Below, in pieces: positions 49,301-59,086 of a DNA stretch of 64,000 nucleotides. Under the pieces are notes generated by a model. It saw only the letters and a program-made list of their open reading frames with translations, was not told where the DNA came from and did not search any database. Within the stretch, counting starts at the first letter, position 1. Each line of letters opens with the position of its first letter. Source of the DNA: a virus. The stretch spans positions 1 through 64,000 of IMG/VR virus record IMGVR_UViG_3300042444_000045; one strand, written 5' to 3'. Position numbers and translations under genes: made by a program.

Positions 49301-51919
49301 TTCTAGAGTAGCTCCGGTTCCAAGACCAAATACATTAGTAATAATATTTCCACCACTAAAATAGTTTTTTAATCTTGTAAAAAATGGAGCAACTTGACCC
49401 GGTAGTGGCAAGGATGCTCCAGTAGGATTACCTACATCTAAGTTCTGAATTGAAGCTTGTGCAATTTGACCAGGAGCCTCATAAAAAGGATCTGCAGGAT
49501 TTGTTATACTAACTCCAGGTCCAGTACTTATTATATTTAAAACAGGTTGTGTAGTAAAACTAGCACCCGGTTGTCTCATTACTTTTTTACCTGTAAGTGA
49601 AACAAGTGCTTCTGCAAAACCTATTAGTAATGCTAGACCCATAGCAGCATCACTTATCAACTTAAACTTAGGATGCTCATCCGGATACTTAAATGATTGA
49701 AATGAATAGCCACTAAGTGCACCATATAGTTTTAGTTCAGTCCCTTCTAAGAAAGGAGTTCTAAACATTGTATCTGGAGAATGAAAAGTATTTATTTCAA
49801 TAGGTACAGTTTGACTATAGCCAGTATCTAGTTTGATATATGGATCATTAAACTGATAGTTTGCTTGAGATGAGTTCCCAGTATTCATTGGAGACTGAAT
49901 ACAGTTGAATGGATAGTTAGGATATAATCCAGTTCTATTTCTAGCAACATCTCCTTTGATCTTATAGGTTCTCATGTTATTGAGCATACCCTTTGCAATA
50001 ATTGATCTGTTACCTTCTCTTGAACCTCTTAAGATTTCATACCCTACAATACCTGGAATATCATTTCCATCATTATCTTTAGGCAATGCTATGTTCTCAA
50101 ATACTACACCCATCAATCTAATATTTAGATTGTTAGAGTCTCCTGGTACAGAAGCTGTACTTGGTCTATAGTGTAGAGTATTAGCATTTAAATGATTATC
50201 TGGAAACTTATGATGTCTAATATTAAGACCACATAGATCATTAATGTAAATAGTATTTCCTTGTGGATCAGTATAACTAGCATGTCCATCTGAACCAGTC
50301 CAGCAGTGATCAGTAGAATTCCATATCTCGGGTTGTCTATCTGGATATATCTCAGATGATTCCCAGTAACCCATTTCTCCAGAAGCAATTACAGTACCAC
50401 CATCATTTGTAGTTGTACCAAGAATAGATGCAACACCATTAGTATTAGCAGTATTATACATCTCAAATAGTTGATCACTATTTGTTAAAGTATTTACATC
50501 ATTGATACTATCTGTTCTTTCATTACCTGATATTGTAGTATTTGTTCCTGTAAGAATATAACTATAATCTTGAGGAGGTCTTCCTGGAATGTGATAAGAT
50601 GCCGATTTATCCCCGGTATTATAAACCCAACGAATAAAGAAAGCATATACCTCATCTCTTAAGTAACTTCCTTTATTACCACCTTTAGTATAATAGTCTG
50701 CAGGATATTCTACAGATACCCACTTAGCTCTAATTATGTTTGCTAATGGTTGGTAATTAAAATCAAATCTTGTTCTTGGACCAACTCTAAGTAAGTAACT
50801 ATTTACATCTGTAATCTGATCAGATGTTTCATAAATTGGATTAGTAACTGGAAGAAATTCTAGTGGGACAGTTATTAGGTCATCTTTTATTTGATCTAAC
50901 TCAATAACATTAGTCTTTGTAGAATATGTACCAATTTGTTTTGCAACAGTACCCTGGTTAATATTCTGTACAACTACTAAAACAAACTCATCAAAGTTTT
51001 CTTGATCTGCTTCTACATTAATTGTAATAGCTCCTTGTAGATCATCAGGAAAATATATTGGTTGAGTATTACTTGGAGAGTAATAGTCAGTTACTCTTTG
51101 ACCTTTAATAAGATAAGCTATAGTTGCAAAGTATGTTCCATTCCTGAGTGTTCCACCGGACTCACCCCTTTGAACAGAAAGACATGGTGTTTGTACAAGT
51201 CTTGCAAGTCTGATGCGATCACAATCTAGTTCATTAGTATCATCACAGGTTGTGCAGTTCACATTAGTAGAACAATCTTGTACCCATGCTACACCAGGCC
51301 ATAGTGTTAAATCACCTGTAGAGTTTACATACTGGTTTACTGCTGTATTATAAACAGCTGGAGTAGGGTTAGTAATAGTATTAAGCTGCCACTGATAGTC
51401 ATTAGATGGCCAAGTTTGTGGATCTCCTACATTTAAAAATCTATCTGGATTTAAACCATCAGCCCAATATACCTGCCATGAGCAATCTTCTTTTTCTCTA
51501 GATGACCCCGATATAAGAAATCTTTTATCAAAACCTAAACATTCATCTTGAACAATAGGTCTGTAAATACATCTCTCTTCTTCTAATAGACCAATCTCTG
51601 ACATAACAGGCTTGCCGTTTAGAGCATGACCTGCAGAATAGATAATCCACTTATCTGAGTAGAGATGAATTGCTCCTATTATATAAACATCTGTTACTCC
51701 ATTTGCACCAGTTGTAGGCATAGTAGCTCCAGCTGTAGCACATAATATATTAGATGCTTCATTTGATAGAGTACCTAGATTACCTTCTGATGTATTATTA
51801 GTTGCATTGCGGGCATGTATCCACATGCCTTCTGATACAAATGAAGGATCTGAATCTTTATTAAGACCTTTTACAAATGTGTGTGTAACACTCTGAGATG
51901 TATCTTGAAGTTTTGCCAT
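46304..51919 (-). CDS. Tail stabilisation/hub protein (crAss-like Tstab)
   Basis: 1871 aa, beta-rich. N-terminal FVKGLNKDSDP...ARNA, YLRDEVYAFFIRW and C-terminal WTISYDP...WISFHDWHPD. Its position after the tail tubular genes fits crAss-like synteny. Confidence 0.7.
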   Translation of the reverse strand: MAKLQDTSQSVTHTFVKGLNKDSDPSFVSEGMWIHARNATNNTSEGNLGTLSNEASNILCATAGATMPTTGANGVTDVYIIGAIHLYSDKWIIYSAGHALNGKPVMSEIGLLEEERCIYRPIVQDECLGFDKRFLISGSSREKEDCSWQVYWADGLNPDRFLNVGDPQTWPSNDYQWQLNTITNPTPAVYNTAVNQYVNSTGDLTLWPGVAWVQDCSTNVNCTTCDDTNELDCDRIRLARLVQTPCLSVQRGESGGTLRNGTYFATIAYLIKGQRVTDYYSPSNTQPIYFPDDLQGAITINVEADQENFDEFVLVVVQNINQGTVAKQIGTYSTKTNVIELDQIKDDLITVPLEFLPVTNPIYETSDQITDVNSYLLRVGPRTRFDFNYQPLANIIRAKWVSVEYPADYYTKGGNKGSYLRDEVYAFFIRWVYNTGDKSASYHIPGRPPQDYSYILTGTNTTISGNERTDSINDVNTLTNSDQLFEMYNTANTNGVASILGTTTNDGGTVIASGEMGYWESSEIYPDRQPEIWNSTDHCWTGSDGHASYTDPQGNTIYINDLCGLNIRHHKFPDNHLNANTLHYRPSTASVPGDSNNLNIRLMGVVFENIALPKDNDGNDIPGIVGYEILRGSREGNRSIIAKGMLNNMRTYKIKGDVARNRTGLYPNYPFNCIQSPMNTGNSSQANYQFNDPYIKLDTGYSQTVPIEINTFHSPDTMFRTPFLEGTELKLYGALSGYSFQSFKYPDEHPKFKLISDAAMGLALLIGFAEALVSLTGKKVMRQPGASFTTQPVLNIISTGPGVSITNPADPFYEAPGQIAQASIQNLDVGNPTGASLPLPGQVAPFFTRLKNYFSGGNIITNVFGLGTGATLEEIFEGFNYKTGFKVGGTFTAPDIDVELSAATYLESAGNVSFFSAVSNVLGALNKFFYYFSEGADATLGVIYAFIPFDQYALQMISHGLYDSFLPPSFIQRASQPYVTRLKIDDAFYIRGNIQEVPYYQSQWPAVVNRRYSINNLKRSDSVVLRTMSGPYFQPAYPNGVDLGPKFILNSANGYYDKSLVTMSYFENNASSQGNAWGNISGPSFDDRSISTPFSLPIASHYGAIKVRKRNQYGQLESVKQIAITPCEQKLDDSYYVNHIWPEQYTCSTGIQYTINKITLTPIFFGGDTFVNRYTEKNSMFFFYDWLYGQPDGFEFNYILRQMIPEPKFWVNSIKYDISDFSNILTQYFGGGNPPGTGWKPTQFYSMDFDGFNYRNNTAGNYPGIFRPKDCYFYLAVSSVRDFFVESEVLVDFRIQGITESEKYYDPYGYTDLISMFNMDPQIITRGNEYRYDYSLSITKAFSQYFSAGNLQSRYYNPNIAKLCYTYFPDRIIYSLPQQQEAIKDSWFVFLVNNYKEFQSQISGVKSINKNGIVITFKNNSPLMFQGVDTLQTDLGTKITIGDGGLFSQPGQSVINADQSFEYGSSQNRLSVISTPAGIYYISQNQAKIFSLGGNLKEISQIGLKWWFNNFLPYKLTNDFPDYPYQDNPVSGIGCQSIYDNENSILYFSKRDYQLLEKWKSPSFTGTIIYVPLITSGPQKGQGDYFQIKNANGTVQPGIYQLGNPLLFEDASWTISYDPKNEFWISFHDWHPDLNMGTKDVFLTTKKNGIWKHNEGCTSFCNFYGDQYPFEIEMPIITGQTVTTVKSIEYILECYRRRPQNCIDQFHVLDYNFDKAVVYNSEQVSGYLNLNIFPKNNVTLSETYPKVNQSNLSSFDILFSKEENKYRFNQFWDITKDRSEFPVGSDYPPTGPVIPDTTVLQGNYADRNIWFTESNGYKRTLNPTNLDYNKSELQRKKFRHYLNYLTLIREDSSDTNMILKIVNSKNQISLR

Positions 51920-52998
51920 TACATGTATCTTCTATTGGTAGCATTACCACCATTGTAACCATTATTTCTATAGTATCTATTATCTGGAGAATAACTCTCA
52001 AACATATAATAATATTTACCGTACATGGCTTTTCTATTAGCCCACCACATATCAGCCATCTCTCTAAAGTTTGGAGTATTGACAAGACTTAGTGCAGCAT
52101 TTCTAGCAACTCTTAGTCTCTGTTCAATGAGTTGCATTCTTTGTGCTACATCTTCTCCATTTAGATAAAGGTTTTCCATGATTCTTGCTTTTAATGCATA
52201 CTCATAGTATTCATTAATTAGATCATGATCTGGTACTAATAGGTTACCATCTTCATCTTCCATTTGACCTTGATAATTAAGATATACTTTACCAGTATCA
52301 AATGTTGTAAACAGGAACCCACCTTTGATCCAACCTTCATTTGGAGTATTCCAGTATAGATTAGGACAGTCACATTCTATGTTCTGACTAGTCTTCATTC
52401 TTAGTGGAAACAATTGTGTATAGACTCTTGTAGATCCAGGGTTACTAATTACTTGAACAAGTTCATATTTATCACCCTTACAGTTCATAAAGACCCTTGG
52501 TCTTGTACAAACATCACCATAAGGTGCAAGTGGGTTGTATGCATCAGGAATTACAGATGGAGTGCATGTAGTAGGACATGTATTACCTGGACATGCTGCA
52601 GTATGATTACATGGATTTGCATTACATACAGAACAGTTAACTGTAGCTGGTGCACATACATCTACATTAGCTGGAGTTTCAACATATGGTACTTCTTGAA
52701 TATTAGTACCACCAACCCATCCGTCATAGCCTACATGCTCAGTAAACTGACCACATATAAATGCAAAGTTAAATGTATAGAAATCATCTGGTAGTTTTAC
52801 CTTACCATGACACACATCAAGAATTACTTCTTTTTGCTGATTGATTCTCAAACCAAGATCATAGTTTAATTTCTTCACCAGTTTAATTAACTGCTGTGGC
52901 TCTATCATATTTTCTAGAGCAAATGTATTTAAATCAACTGTGACATCTTCTAACAGTTGATTAAATGTTCTGTACCTGAGTGTGTAATTAAAGTCCAT
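51919..52998 (-). CDS. Tail tubular/ring protein with a Cys-rich insertion
   Basis: GKVKLPDDF and GKVYLNYQG...DEDGNLLVPD motifs, plus synteny just upstream of Tstab. Confidence 0.62.
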   Translation of the reverse strand: MDFNYTLRYRTFNQLLEDVTVDLNTFALENMIEPQQLIKLVKKLNYDLGLRINQQKEVILDVCHGKVKLPDDFYTFNFAFICGQFTEHVGYDGWVGGTNIQEVPYVETPANVDVCAPATVNCSVCNANPCNHTAACPGNTCPTTCTPSVIPDAYNPLAPYGDVCTRPRVFMNCKGDKYELVQVISNPGSTRVYTQLFPLRMKTSQNIECDCPNLYWNTPNEGWIKGGFLFTTFDTGKVYLNYQGQMEDEDGNLLVPDHDLINEYYEYALKARIMENLYLNGEDVAQRMQLIEQRLRVARNAALSLVNTPNFREMADMWWANRKAMYGKYYYMFESYSPDNRYYRNNGYNGGNATNRRYM

Positions 52999-53660
52999 TA
53001 TCTAAGAGAGTTTTGGCTATCATCTATGTTATCTGAAAAAGCCTGTAATGATATGGTTAGTTCTTTAACAGTATACTGTTCAATTTCAGAGAACAGATAT
53101 TCTGGAAAGGGTAGGGGTTGATTTTGTCTTATTAAACAATCATCTGTTGTACATGTGTCTGCCTGACCTTCAAAGATTGCTTCTATTCTAACAGCATCCC
53201 AATCTACATTTGGAAAATATACATAACCGTTTAAGTACCAGAAGTAAATACTTCTATTATACTTAAAGGTTGTAGTTTTAGTCATAGAGACCCATGTACC
53301 AGGATCTGTACGAAACAACTCTATTGTACCATCTATTGAAGATACTGTACGTATAATAGGACCAAATACACCACTTAGAATAGTTGGTAGTTTTTCTTTT
53401 GATCTCTTGAAGTAACAACCTGAGTATACACCAATACAACCAGCTTCTACCTTATCTACATCAATAAGTTCAACATAGGGTAGTACTTGAAAGATAGAAC
53501 TAATCTTCATTAGTCTAAACTGATTGTCTTCTCTCTTGAGCAATGTTTGCCCATACTTAATTAGTAGAAAGTATATGTTCCTATCAGTTAAGAAAGCATC
53601 TTCCTTTACTGCTTTGAGTGTATTTCTAACTCTTGAGATTGCTTCTCCAATTGTGGTCAT
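52998..53660 (-). CDS. Putative tail ring/adaptor protein
   Basis: 220 aa with MTTIGEAISRVR, RSKEKLP, YFWYLNGYVY and IEAIFE. Translationally coupled to its neighbours. Confidence 0.5.
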   Translation of the reverse strand: MTTIGEAISRVRNTLKAVKEDAFLTDRNIYFLLIKYGQTLLKREDNQFRLMKISSIFQVLPYVELIDVDKVEAGCIGVYSGCYFKRSKEKLPTILSGVFGPIIRTVSSIDGTIELFRTDPGTWVSMTKTTTFKYNRSIYFWYLNGYVYFPNVDWDAVRIEAIFEGQADTCTTDDCLIRQNQPLPFPEYLFSEIEQYTVKELTISLQAFSDNIDDSQNSLR

Positions 53661-54238
53661 AGATCAAATTCATTATAGTCTTTTAAACCATCTTGTTGTT
53701 GCTTTAAAAGAACATTTTTATAATACTGTTTTCTAGTTTCTAGTCTTAGTTTTTTTGTAGGGTCAACTACAATATAAGTATTCCAGTTCTCAGGATAGGC
53801 TTTAGCAACAGATCTCTTGAAGTCTCTATTAGCAACAAACTTCCATAACTCTCTATTCTTCATCTTGTGTTTTATTGCAAAACTGGTAAAGAATATTTTA
53901 GCTAGTTTACCATCTGTTTCCCAATTCTTGTTTGTAACTTTTACACCATACTTTTTGGATTTAGCATAATCAATATTTTCTTTCTTACTATTTTCACACG
54001 TACCAATAAAGATCCAACCTACAGAGTTTGGTAATTGCATACCATCTCTTGTATCTATTACTTTTGTCCAAACACTTTTATTAAAAGATCTAATAATCTT
54101 TTTTAGTGTGTCATTATCCACATCTTTGTATCTGGGATACTTTTTTCTAAAACTATCAAAGAACTCTTTGTTCAACATAGTATGGACTTTAGGTCTATAT
54201 CTTGGACCTGTTAAATCCGGGGTTTTAAATTCCTTCAA
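53657..54238 (-). CDS. Basic protein, possibly IHF/HU-like (crAss-like gene 53/54 type)
   Basis: Lys-rich, with a helix-helix followed by GMQLPNSVGWIFIG and WKFVANRDFKR. The start codon is TTG. Confidence 0.45.
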   Translation of the reverse strand: MKEFKTPDLTGPRYRPKVHTMLNKEFFDSFRKKYPRYKDVDNDTLKKIIRSFNKSVWTKVIDTRDGMQLPNSVGWIFIGTCENSKKENIDYAKSKKYGVKVTNKNWETDGKLAKIFFTSFAIKHKMKNRELWKFVANRDFKRSVAKAYPENWNTYIVVDPTKKLRLETRKQYYKNVLLKQQQDGLKDYNEFDL

Positions 54239-54245
54239 ACTATAT

Positions 54246-54291
54246 AGATTAATATACTAAAAATTATGCACTTTAGCAAATATACTAAAAA
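54246..54291 (-). promoter_or_regulatory. Putative late promoter, duplicated motif
   Basis: AATATACTAAAAA occurs twice (54251-54263 and 54279-54291), reading TTTTTAGTATATT on the minus strand. Confidence 0.45.
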
Positions 54292-54318
54292 ACAAAACCC
54301 CGCAAGTGCGGGGCTTTG
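54287..54318 (-). terminator. Intrinsic terminator (minus strand)
   Basis: The minus strand reads CAAAGCCCCGCACTTGCGGGGTTTTGTTTTTT. Confidence 0.75.
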
Positions 54319-54367
54319 CCTTGTTGTCACAGAAACCAACAACTGTAACGTCTTGTAAATTTTTTAA

Positions 54368-55231
54368 TTAACCAACTCTTCGGATTGCCCAATCAATATT
54401 ATCACCTGATATACCAGTATAATTTATTCCAGTCATATTCTGATGTCTTAAAACAAGTTGTTCACCTGCAGTTAAAGCTTTACCTTGAATACCACCTGTT
54501 AAATAAAGCCTTGTATAATACAAACCTTTTGTTATTGTAAAAGTATCTGCACAGTAAACTGTAGTTCCTGTACCTGGATTTGTTACTGCAATGCTATAGG
54601 TTCCTCCAGTAGTGGCTGTATTACCCCAACCAAATCCTGTTTGATCAGGACATGTTAAATATACATTGTAGTTAATATCATATTTACCAGTTTCGGGACA
54701 AGTCCAAATTCCAGTGCTAGAGTTGTACTGTGTTGTTGTAGTACCATTTACTATTTGATATTCAACGTCACCTGTAGGAAACAAAATTATTACACCACTA
54801 GAAATGTTACTGTTTGCAAGACTTGCTGTAACAGTATTTAAATTTATTGTAGGTTCAAATGCTACTCTAAATGCTGTGTCAAATAAACCTTGAGCAGCTT
54901 GTAAATTTGAAATGTTAGTATTAATGGTTGAGATGCTACCATTAATAGATGTAATACTTGCGTTAATAGTTGTTAGACTACCATTAATAGTTTGTATACT
55001 ACTGCAGAAATAAGAAATAATATCATCTAGTGCATCAGCAATAACAGTATTACTTGCAACAACTGTAGTACTACCACAAACAATATTTGCACCTGTATAC
55101 ACTGTACATTGAGCATCAGTAACCGTATAACATGGTTCTGGATCAGGACATGCTGCTGGTGTAGGACACGGTGCAGGACTAGTTAAAAAACTATCCTCAC
55201 AACCACAATTTGAACATCTATTTATTGACAT
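54368..55231 (-). CDS. Trimeric fibre protein: Cys-rich N-terminus, coiled coil, C1q-like head
   Basis: Heptad Ile repeat IQTINGSLTTINASITSINGSISTINTNISNL. YNSSTGIWTCPETGKYDINYNV matches the C1q/TNF-like FTCP-x2-G-x-Y motif. Confidence 0.65.
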   Translation of the reverse strand: MSINRCSNCGCEDSFLTSPAPCPTPAACPDPEPCYTVTDAQCTVYTGANIVCGSTTVVASNTVIADALDDIISYFCSSIQTINGSLTTINASITSINGSISTINTNISNLQAAQGLFDTAFRVAFEPTINLNTVTASLANSNISSGVIILFPTGDVEYQIVNGTTTTQYNSSTGIWTCPETGKYDINYNVYLTCPDQTGFGWGNTATTGGTYSIAVTNPGTGTTVYCADTFTITKGLYYTRLYLTGGIQGKALTAGEQLVLRHQNMTGINYTGISGDNIDWAIRRVG

Positions 55232-55242
55232 AGCTTATATTA

Positions 55243-56907
55243 TTAAGGGCAAGTTGTTGAAAAACCTGTTTCAGTATTACATGGATCTACATAAGCTACT
55301 AAACCATCAATTACAAAATAAAACCCACCTATCTCATTTTCATCTCCTGCATCACAACTAAATGGCCATGTAAGATTAAATGTATCTGATTTTAAATCAA
55401 AGTTAGCATTGCTTGGAGCATTATGAATATCTGTTCCAGTACCAATATAGTTTGGAAGATATTCTCCTGCTCTTACATTACTTGTAACTAATCTTAATGG
55501 TGAATTACCTTGTACTCCAGCACCTCTTGTAGTTGAGATCTCAATGTCATGAACTAATTGAACTGTTAATCCTTTTGTTGCAGTAATGGAAACTCTAATA
55601 GCAGAGGTTAAACAAGTACCATAAGTTGGATCAACATCAATTGGTCTAAGTGCTACATCCCAAGCTTTAAAATAAGTATTATCTAAATTTCCAGCAGTTA
55701 CTGACGGTGGAATAACAGAACCACCATTATTAAATGAAATTGCACCATTAGCATTAATACTACAACCACCTACACCACTCCATGTTGTGCAACCTGATAT
55801 TGCATTGTATGCAGAAGTTGAACTTAACACAACTACTGAACCTGGAGAAGATGGATTTTCTAATGGAACAAATACTGTTCCTCTCAAGTGAATTTGATTA
55901 CCAATTCTTCTACATTGTGGTTTATCTACTCCTGAGTAATATGTAAAACCCAGAAGATCTACCCAACCAGTATCCGTAATATTTGCTGTAATAACATTAC
56001 CTGTATTATCTAAGTTTACAGTTGCTGTGTCAGCTACTGTAATTGAAAATGTACTTACATAGTTATATACATCACAGATTGCAATCCATAGGTTATTAAT
56101 TGCCTCTGCTGCTGTATTTAAATTAGATGACGTTACCCAGGTACCTGCATATGCAACAGAAAATGCTGTGCCAAATACAAGTGATAAATCTGCATCACTA
56201 ATACACTGTGATAATACTGCTGCCGTTATTGCAGAGGCTTCTCCAGTTGCTGCTTTCAGTGCACAATAACCATAAGTGTTATCATTTATTAAAGCATTAA
56301 GAACTGTATCAATTGGGTAATTACCAGGAGATACTACTGTCCCACTTAATGTACAATCTACTGGAATATTTGGTAATGTAAATGTAGGAGCTGGTGCAGA
56401 CTCTAATGCTGTAACTCTAACATCTAAACTTGTTATGCTAGCTTCAATTGTTGCAATTTCTGTAACTAATGCACATACTCTAGTTCCAATAGCTTGAGCA
56501 TATTCTGAAACTGTCATTACAGTAACCCCATTTATTACAAAACAAGATGCTACTGTAACTAATGCATCAGCTCCTGTAGATTTAGTAGTATTTGTAATTG
56601 GACTTGTAGCTGGATCAGATACAATAGTTACTTCATTTTGCAATGCACAAATCTGTTCAATTAAAAACTGAATAAGTGCTTGAAAATCATTTGGACCACA
56701 AGCAGTTAAGTTGAAACATGAAAGATCATAATTAGTTACATTTAGTGTATCTAATACTGTACATAATTCTGTTGCAAGTTTAAATATAACATCTGAAATT
56801 GTATCCCCTGCACACAGTTTGATACAAGGAATATCTGGTCCTTGCCAAATTACACAATTGCTTGAGATTGGACTACAGGGTGAGTTATCATAATTTAGTG
56901 GCTTCAT
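55243..56907 (-). CDS. Putative fibre/spike protein
   Basis: Cys-rich N-terminal module, coiled coil IATIEASITSLDVRVTALE and a C-terminal DTGWVDL...RRIGNQIHLRG fibre-tip-like motif. Confidence 0.55.
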   Translation of the reverse strand: MKPLNYDNSPCSPISSNCVIWQGPDIPCIKLCAGDTISDVIFKLATELCTVLDTLNVTNYDLSCFNLTACGPNDFQALIQFLIEQICALQNEVTIVSDPATSPITNTTKSTGADALVTVASCFVINGVTVMTVSEYAQAIGTRVCALVTEIATIEASITSLDVRVTALESAPAPTFTLPNIPVDCTLSGTVVSPGNYPIDTVLNALINDNTYGYCALKAATGEASAITAAVLSQCISDADLSLVFGTAFSVAYAGTWVTSSNLNTAAEAINNLWIAICDVYNYVSTFSITVADTATVNLDNTGNVITANITDTGWVDLLGFTYYSGVDKPQCRRIGNQIHLRGTVFVPLENPSSPGSVVVLSSTSAYNAISGCTTWSGVGGCSINANGAISFNNGGSVIPPSVTAGNLDNTYFKAWDVALRPIDVDPTYGTCLTSAIRVSITATKGLTVQLVHDIEISTTRGAGVQGNSPLRLVTSNVRAGEYLPNYIGTGTDIHNAPSNANFDLKSDTFNLTWPFSCDAGDENEIGGFYFVIDGLVAYVDPCNTETGFSTTCP

Positions 56908-56911
56908 ATTT

Positions 56912-56940
56912 CTTCTATTACTATAATATACAAAAATTAA
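56912..56940 (-). promoter_or_regulatory. Putative late promoter
   Basis: Minus-strand TTTTTGTATATTATAGTA just upstream of the ATG at 56907. Confidence 0.5.
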
Positions 56941-58875
56941 TTAAGAATGGCAAGTACTACAACTACCACCGCAAGATCCATTACAACCACATCCTGTATT
57001 ACAACCACATCCTGTATTGCATCCACATGATGGAGTTGCACATACATAGTCTGGATTAACTAATGCTTTTAAATCTATTAGTTGTTTTTGAATAAGATAT
57101 TGTTGATCATCTTCTGGACAACAATTACTAATTCCATATCTGAGTTCCAGTACTTGTTTATATAATGCTTCTGCTGCTTTACATGAAATCTCTTCATATT
57201 TCCAAGTAGAACAATATGGTGTATTGTATCCTGGTTTTAAAGATCTTCTTGGATATACAGGAGGAGGACAAGTATGCACATCATCAACTAGTGTACAGTT
57301 TCCAAAATATTCTACATAATCTGTAGGATAGGATGTAAGCCAATGAGCCATACATATTCTATCAGATCTTTGACCAGCAAGTAATGTAATTGTTTGTACA
57401 TCACCTTCACAGTCTAAGTAATCATAATTATGAGATACTGTATCATGGTTCTTGATTCTTGAACATACACACGGAAAACTTGTAAGACAGTCTTCACATG
57501 TTTCAAATGAATCTGCTATGCCTCCAAGAATCCCTGCTCCAACACTTGTCGTTGCAACACTAACTCTCCAGCATGTGGTTGGACACCACTCAAGAACAAT
57601 TATCTCTGTTACATATTCTGAAAGATCAGTAGATGTAATTATACTGGTTTCAATACCATTACAATCTGTAAGCTCATAGTAAGTTGTTTTACAAGCTTCA
57701 CAATCATCAAATGCATCTTGCACAACTACTGTGACATCAGATGGAATTGGATTTGGATATTCTTCTATAATCCAGCACCCAGGACAATCTGTTTCAATAT
57801 TAATTACCTGTCCTACATATGCACTAAGATCAGATGATGAATAAATAATTGTACCTAAATCATCACAGTTAGTTAGTAAATAATTTGGTGCAGGATTACA
57901 TTCTTCACATGTATCAAATGCTTGTAGTACAACTACATCAATAGCACAATCACAGTCTACAACACTATTAACTATCCAACAATTATCATAACCATCTATT
58001 TGTACTACTTGACCTAGAATAGCATATTGACCAAGAGACTGTGCTGTTGTATAAATAGGGTCCAATAAATCATCACAATCAGTTAATTCATAACATGGAG
58101 TTGGACATTCACCATCCACACATTCACCACCATCAGTTACAGTATAGGTAGAAGGTACTTGTGGATATACTAAAGAACATCCTTTCCAATAACCACTAAT
58201 TGTAATAGCTACTACTACACCATTACAGTCAATATAGTATAGCTTACCTGAACCTACAATTTCATAACAAGTACACTCACATGAACATGGTTCATCTCCA
58301 TCTACTGTAACTGTTATTGGATTACTAGGATCTAAGTTAGTTTCAACAGACCAATTAACTACATAGTAGCAATCAAATGGTCCATCTGCATCTACTTGAA
58401 TTGTGGCATAATCATTTACATATGCTGATAAATCTGTATCAGTTACTGTAGGTACAAGTGATTCATCACATGGCCAAACAACATATAATGGAGTTGGGCA
58501 TGTAGGACATGTAATTACTTCATCTCCACAAGGAGTTTCATATGTGGTAGTACTATCCCATGTATAAACACCGCTTCCTGGAAAATTAGTAGGAACAACA
58601 TTAAGGCTAAGATAGTTAGCTCCAGTAATTGGACTACTTGGATCTGACGTAGTACCTCTAAAAATTCTATAACATTGATTACTTAATCCTACATAACTAT
58701 CTGTTATAGGATCATAACCAACACCAGAAATTCCATTGTAAATATTTATACCTGGTGTAGGTGGATTAGTCGTACCATTAACACTAAAATATAAAATGTT
58801 TCCACCACAACATGGTTCAAATCCAATCCATGAATTTGATGCGGGTGGTGTAAATGTTGTTTTTGGTACTGACAT
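56941..58875 (-). CDS. Cys-rich repeat structural protein
   Basis: 644 aa. About four ~60-aa repeats (YxLTxC...DLSxYV...CW...FxxCExC) and a C-terminal CGCNTG-repeat tail. Confidence 0.6.
   Translation of the reverse strand: MSVPKTTFTPPASNSWIGFEPCCGGNILYFSVNGTTNPPTPGINIYNGISGVGYDPITDSYVGLSNQCYRIFRGTTSDPSSPITGANYLSLNVVPTNFPGSGVYTWDSTTTYETPCGDEVITCPTCPTPLYVVWPCDESLVPTVTDTDLSAYVNDYATIQVDADGPFDCYYVVNWSVETNLDPSNPITVTVDGDEPCSCECTCYEIVGSGKLYYIDCNGVVVAITISGYWKGCSLVYPQVPSTYTVTDGGECVDGECPTPCYELTDCDDLLDPIYTTAQSLGQYAILGQVVQIDGYDNCWIVNSVVDCDCAIDVVVLQAFDTCEECNPAPNYLLTNCDDLGTIIYSSSDLSAYVGQVINIETDCPGCWIIEEYPNPIPSDVTVVVQDAFDDCEACKTTYYELTDCNGIETSIITSTDLSEYVTEIIVLEWCPTTCWRVSVATTSVGAGILGGIADSFETCEDCLTSFPCVCSRIKNHDTVSHNYDYLDCEGDVQTITLLAGQRSDRICMAHWLTSYPTDYVEYFGNCTLVDDVHTCPPPVYPRRSLKPGYNTPYCSTWKYEEISCKAAEALYKQVLELRYGISNCCPEDDQQYLIQKQLIDLKALVNPDYVCATPSCGCNTGCGCNTGCGCNGSCGGSCSTCHS
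56981..57028. repeat. 18-bp tandem repeat (~2.7 copies) encoding GCGCNT
   Basis: TTACAACCACATCCTGTA twice, then TTGCATCCACAT. Confidence 0.8.
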
Positions 58876-58882
58876 TATTTAG

Positions 58883-59065
58883 TTATTTATATCTATCTTT
58901 TCCCCAGGTTTGATTTGTCTGAGATACTGTTGCTAATGTTTTTCTCTGTTTTAATCCTGCCTCATAAGTGGTAATACATTTTGAACATACTGATTTACCA
59001 TCGGATGCTGCTCTTTTCTGGCATCCACAGGACATTTTAGTTTTGCAGTTTGAACAAGTTGCCAT
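58883..59065 (-). CDS. Small Cys-rich protein (CxxC...CGC...CxxC)
   Basis: MATCSNCKTKMSCGCQ...VCSKC, with an A-rich leader AAAAACCAACAACTT-ATG. Confidence 0.65.
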   Translation of the reverse strand: MATCSNCKTKMSCGCQKRAASDGKSVCSKCITTYEAGLKQRKTLATVSQTNQTWGKDRYK

Positions 59066-59086
59066 AAGTTGTTGGTTTTTAAGTTT

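Noticed and set aside
54319-54367. Possible ncRNA/tRNA in the intergenic gap (TTGTTG...CAACAA hairpin)
   Set aside because: Only a 6-bp stem and no cloverleaf or known motif. No tRNA was recognised anywhere in the window.
56941-59065. Cys-rich ORFs as RiPP precursors or true metallothioneins
   Set aside because: No maturase or transporter genes are present, and they lie within the structural operon.
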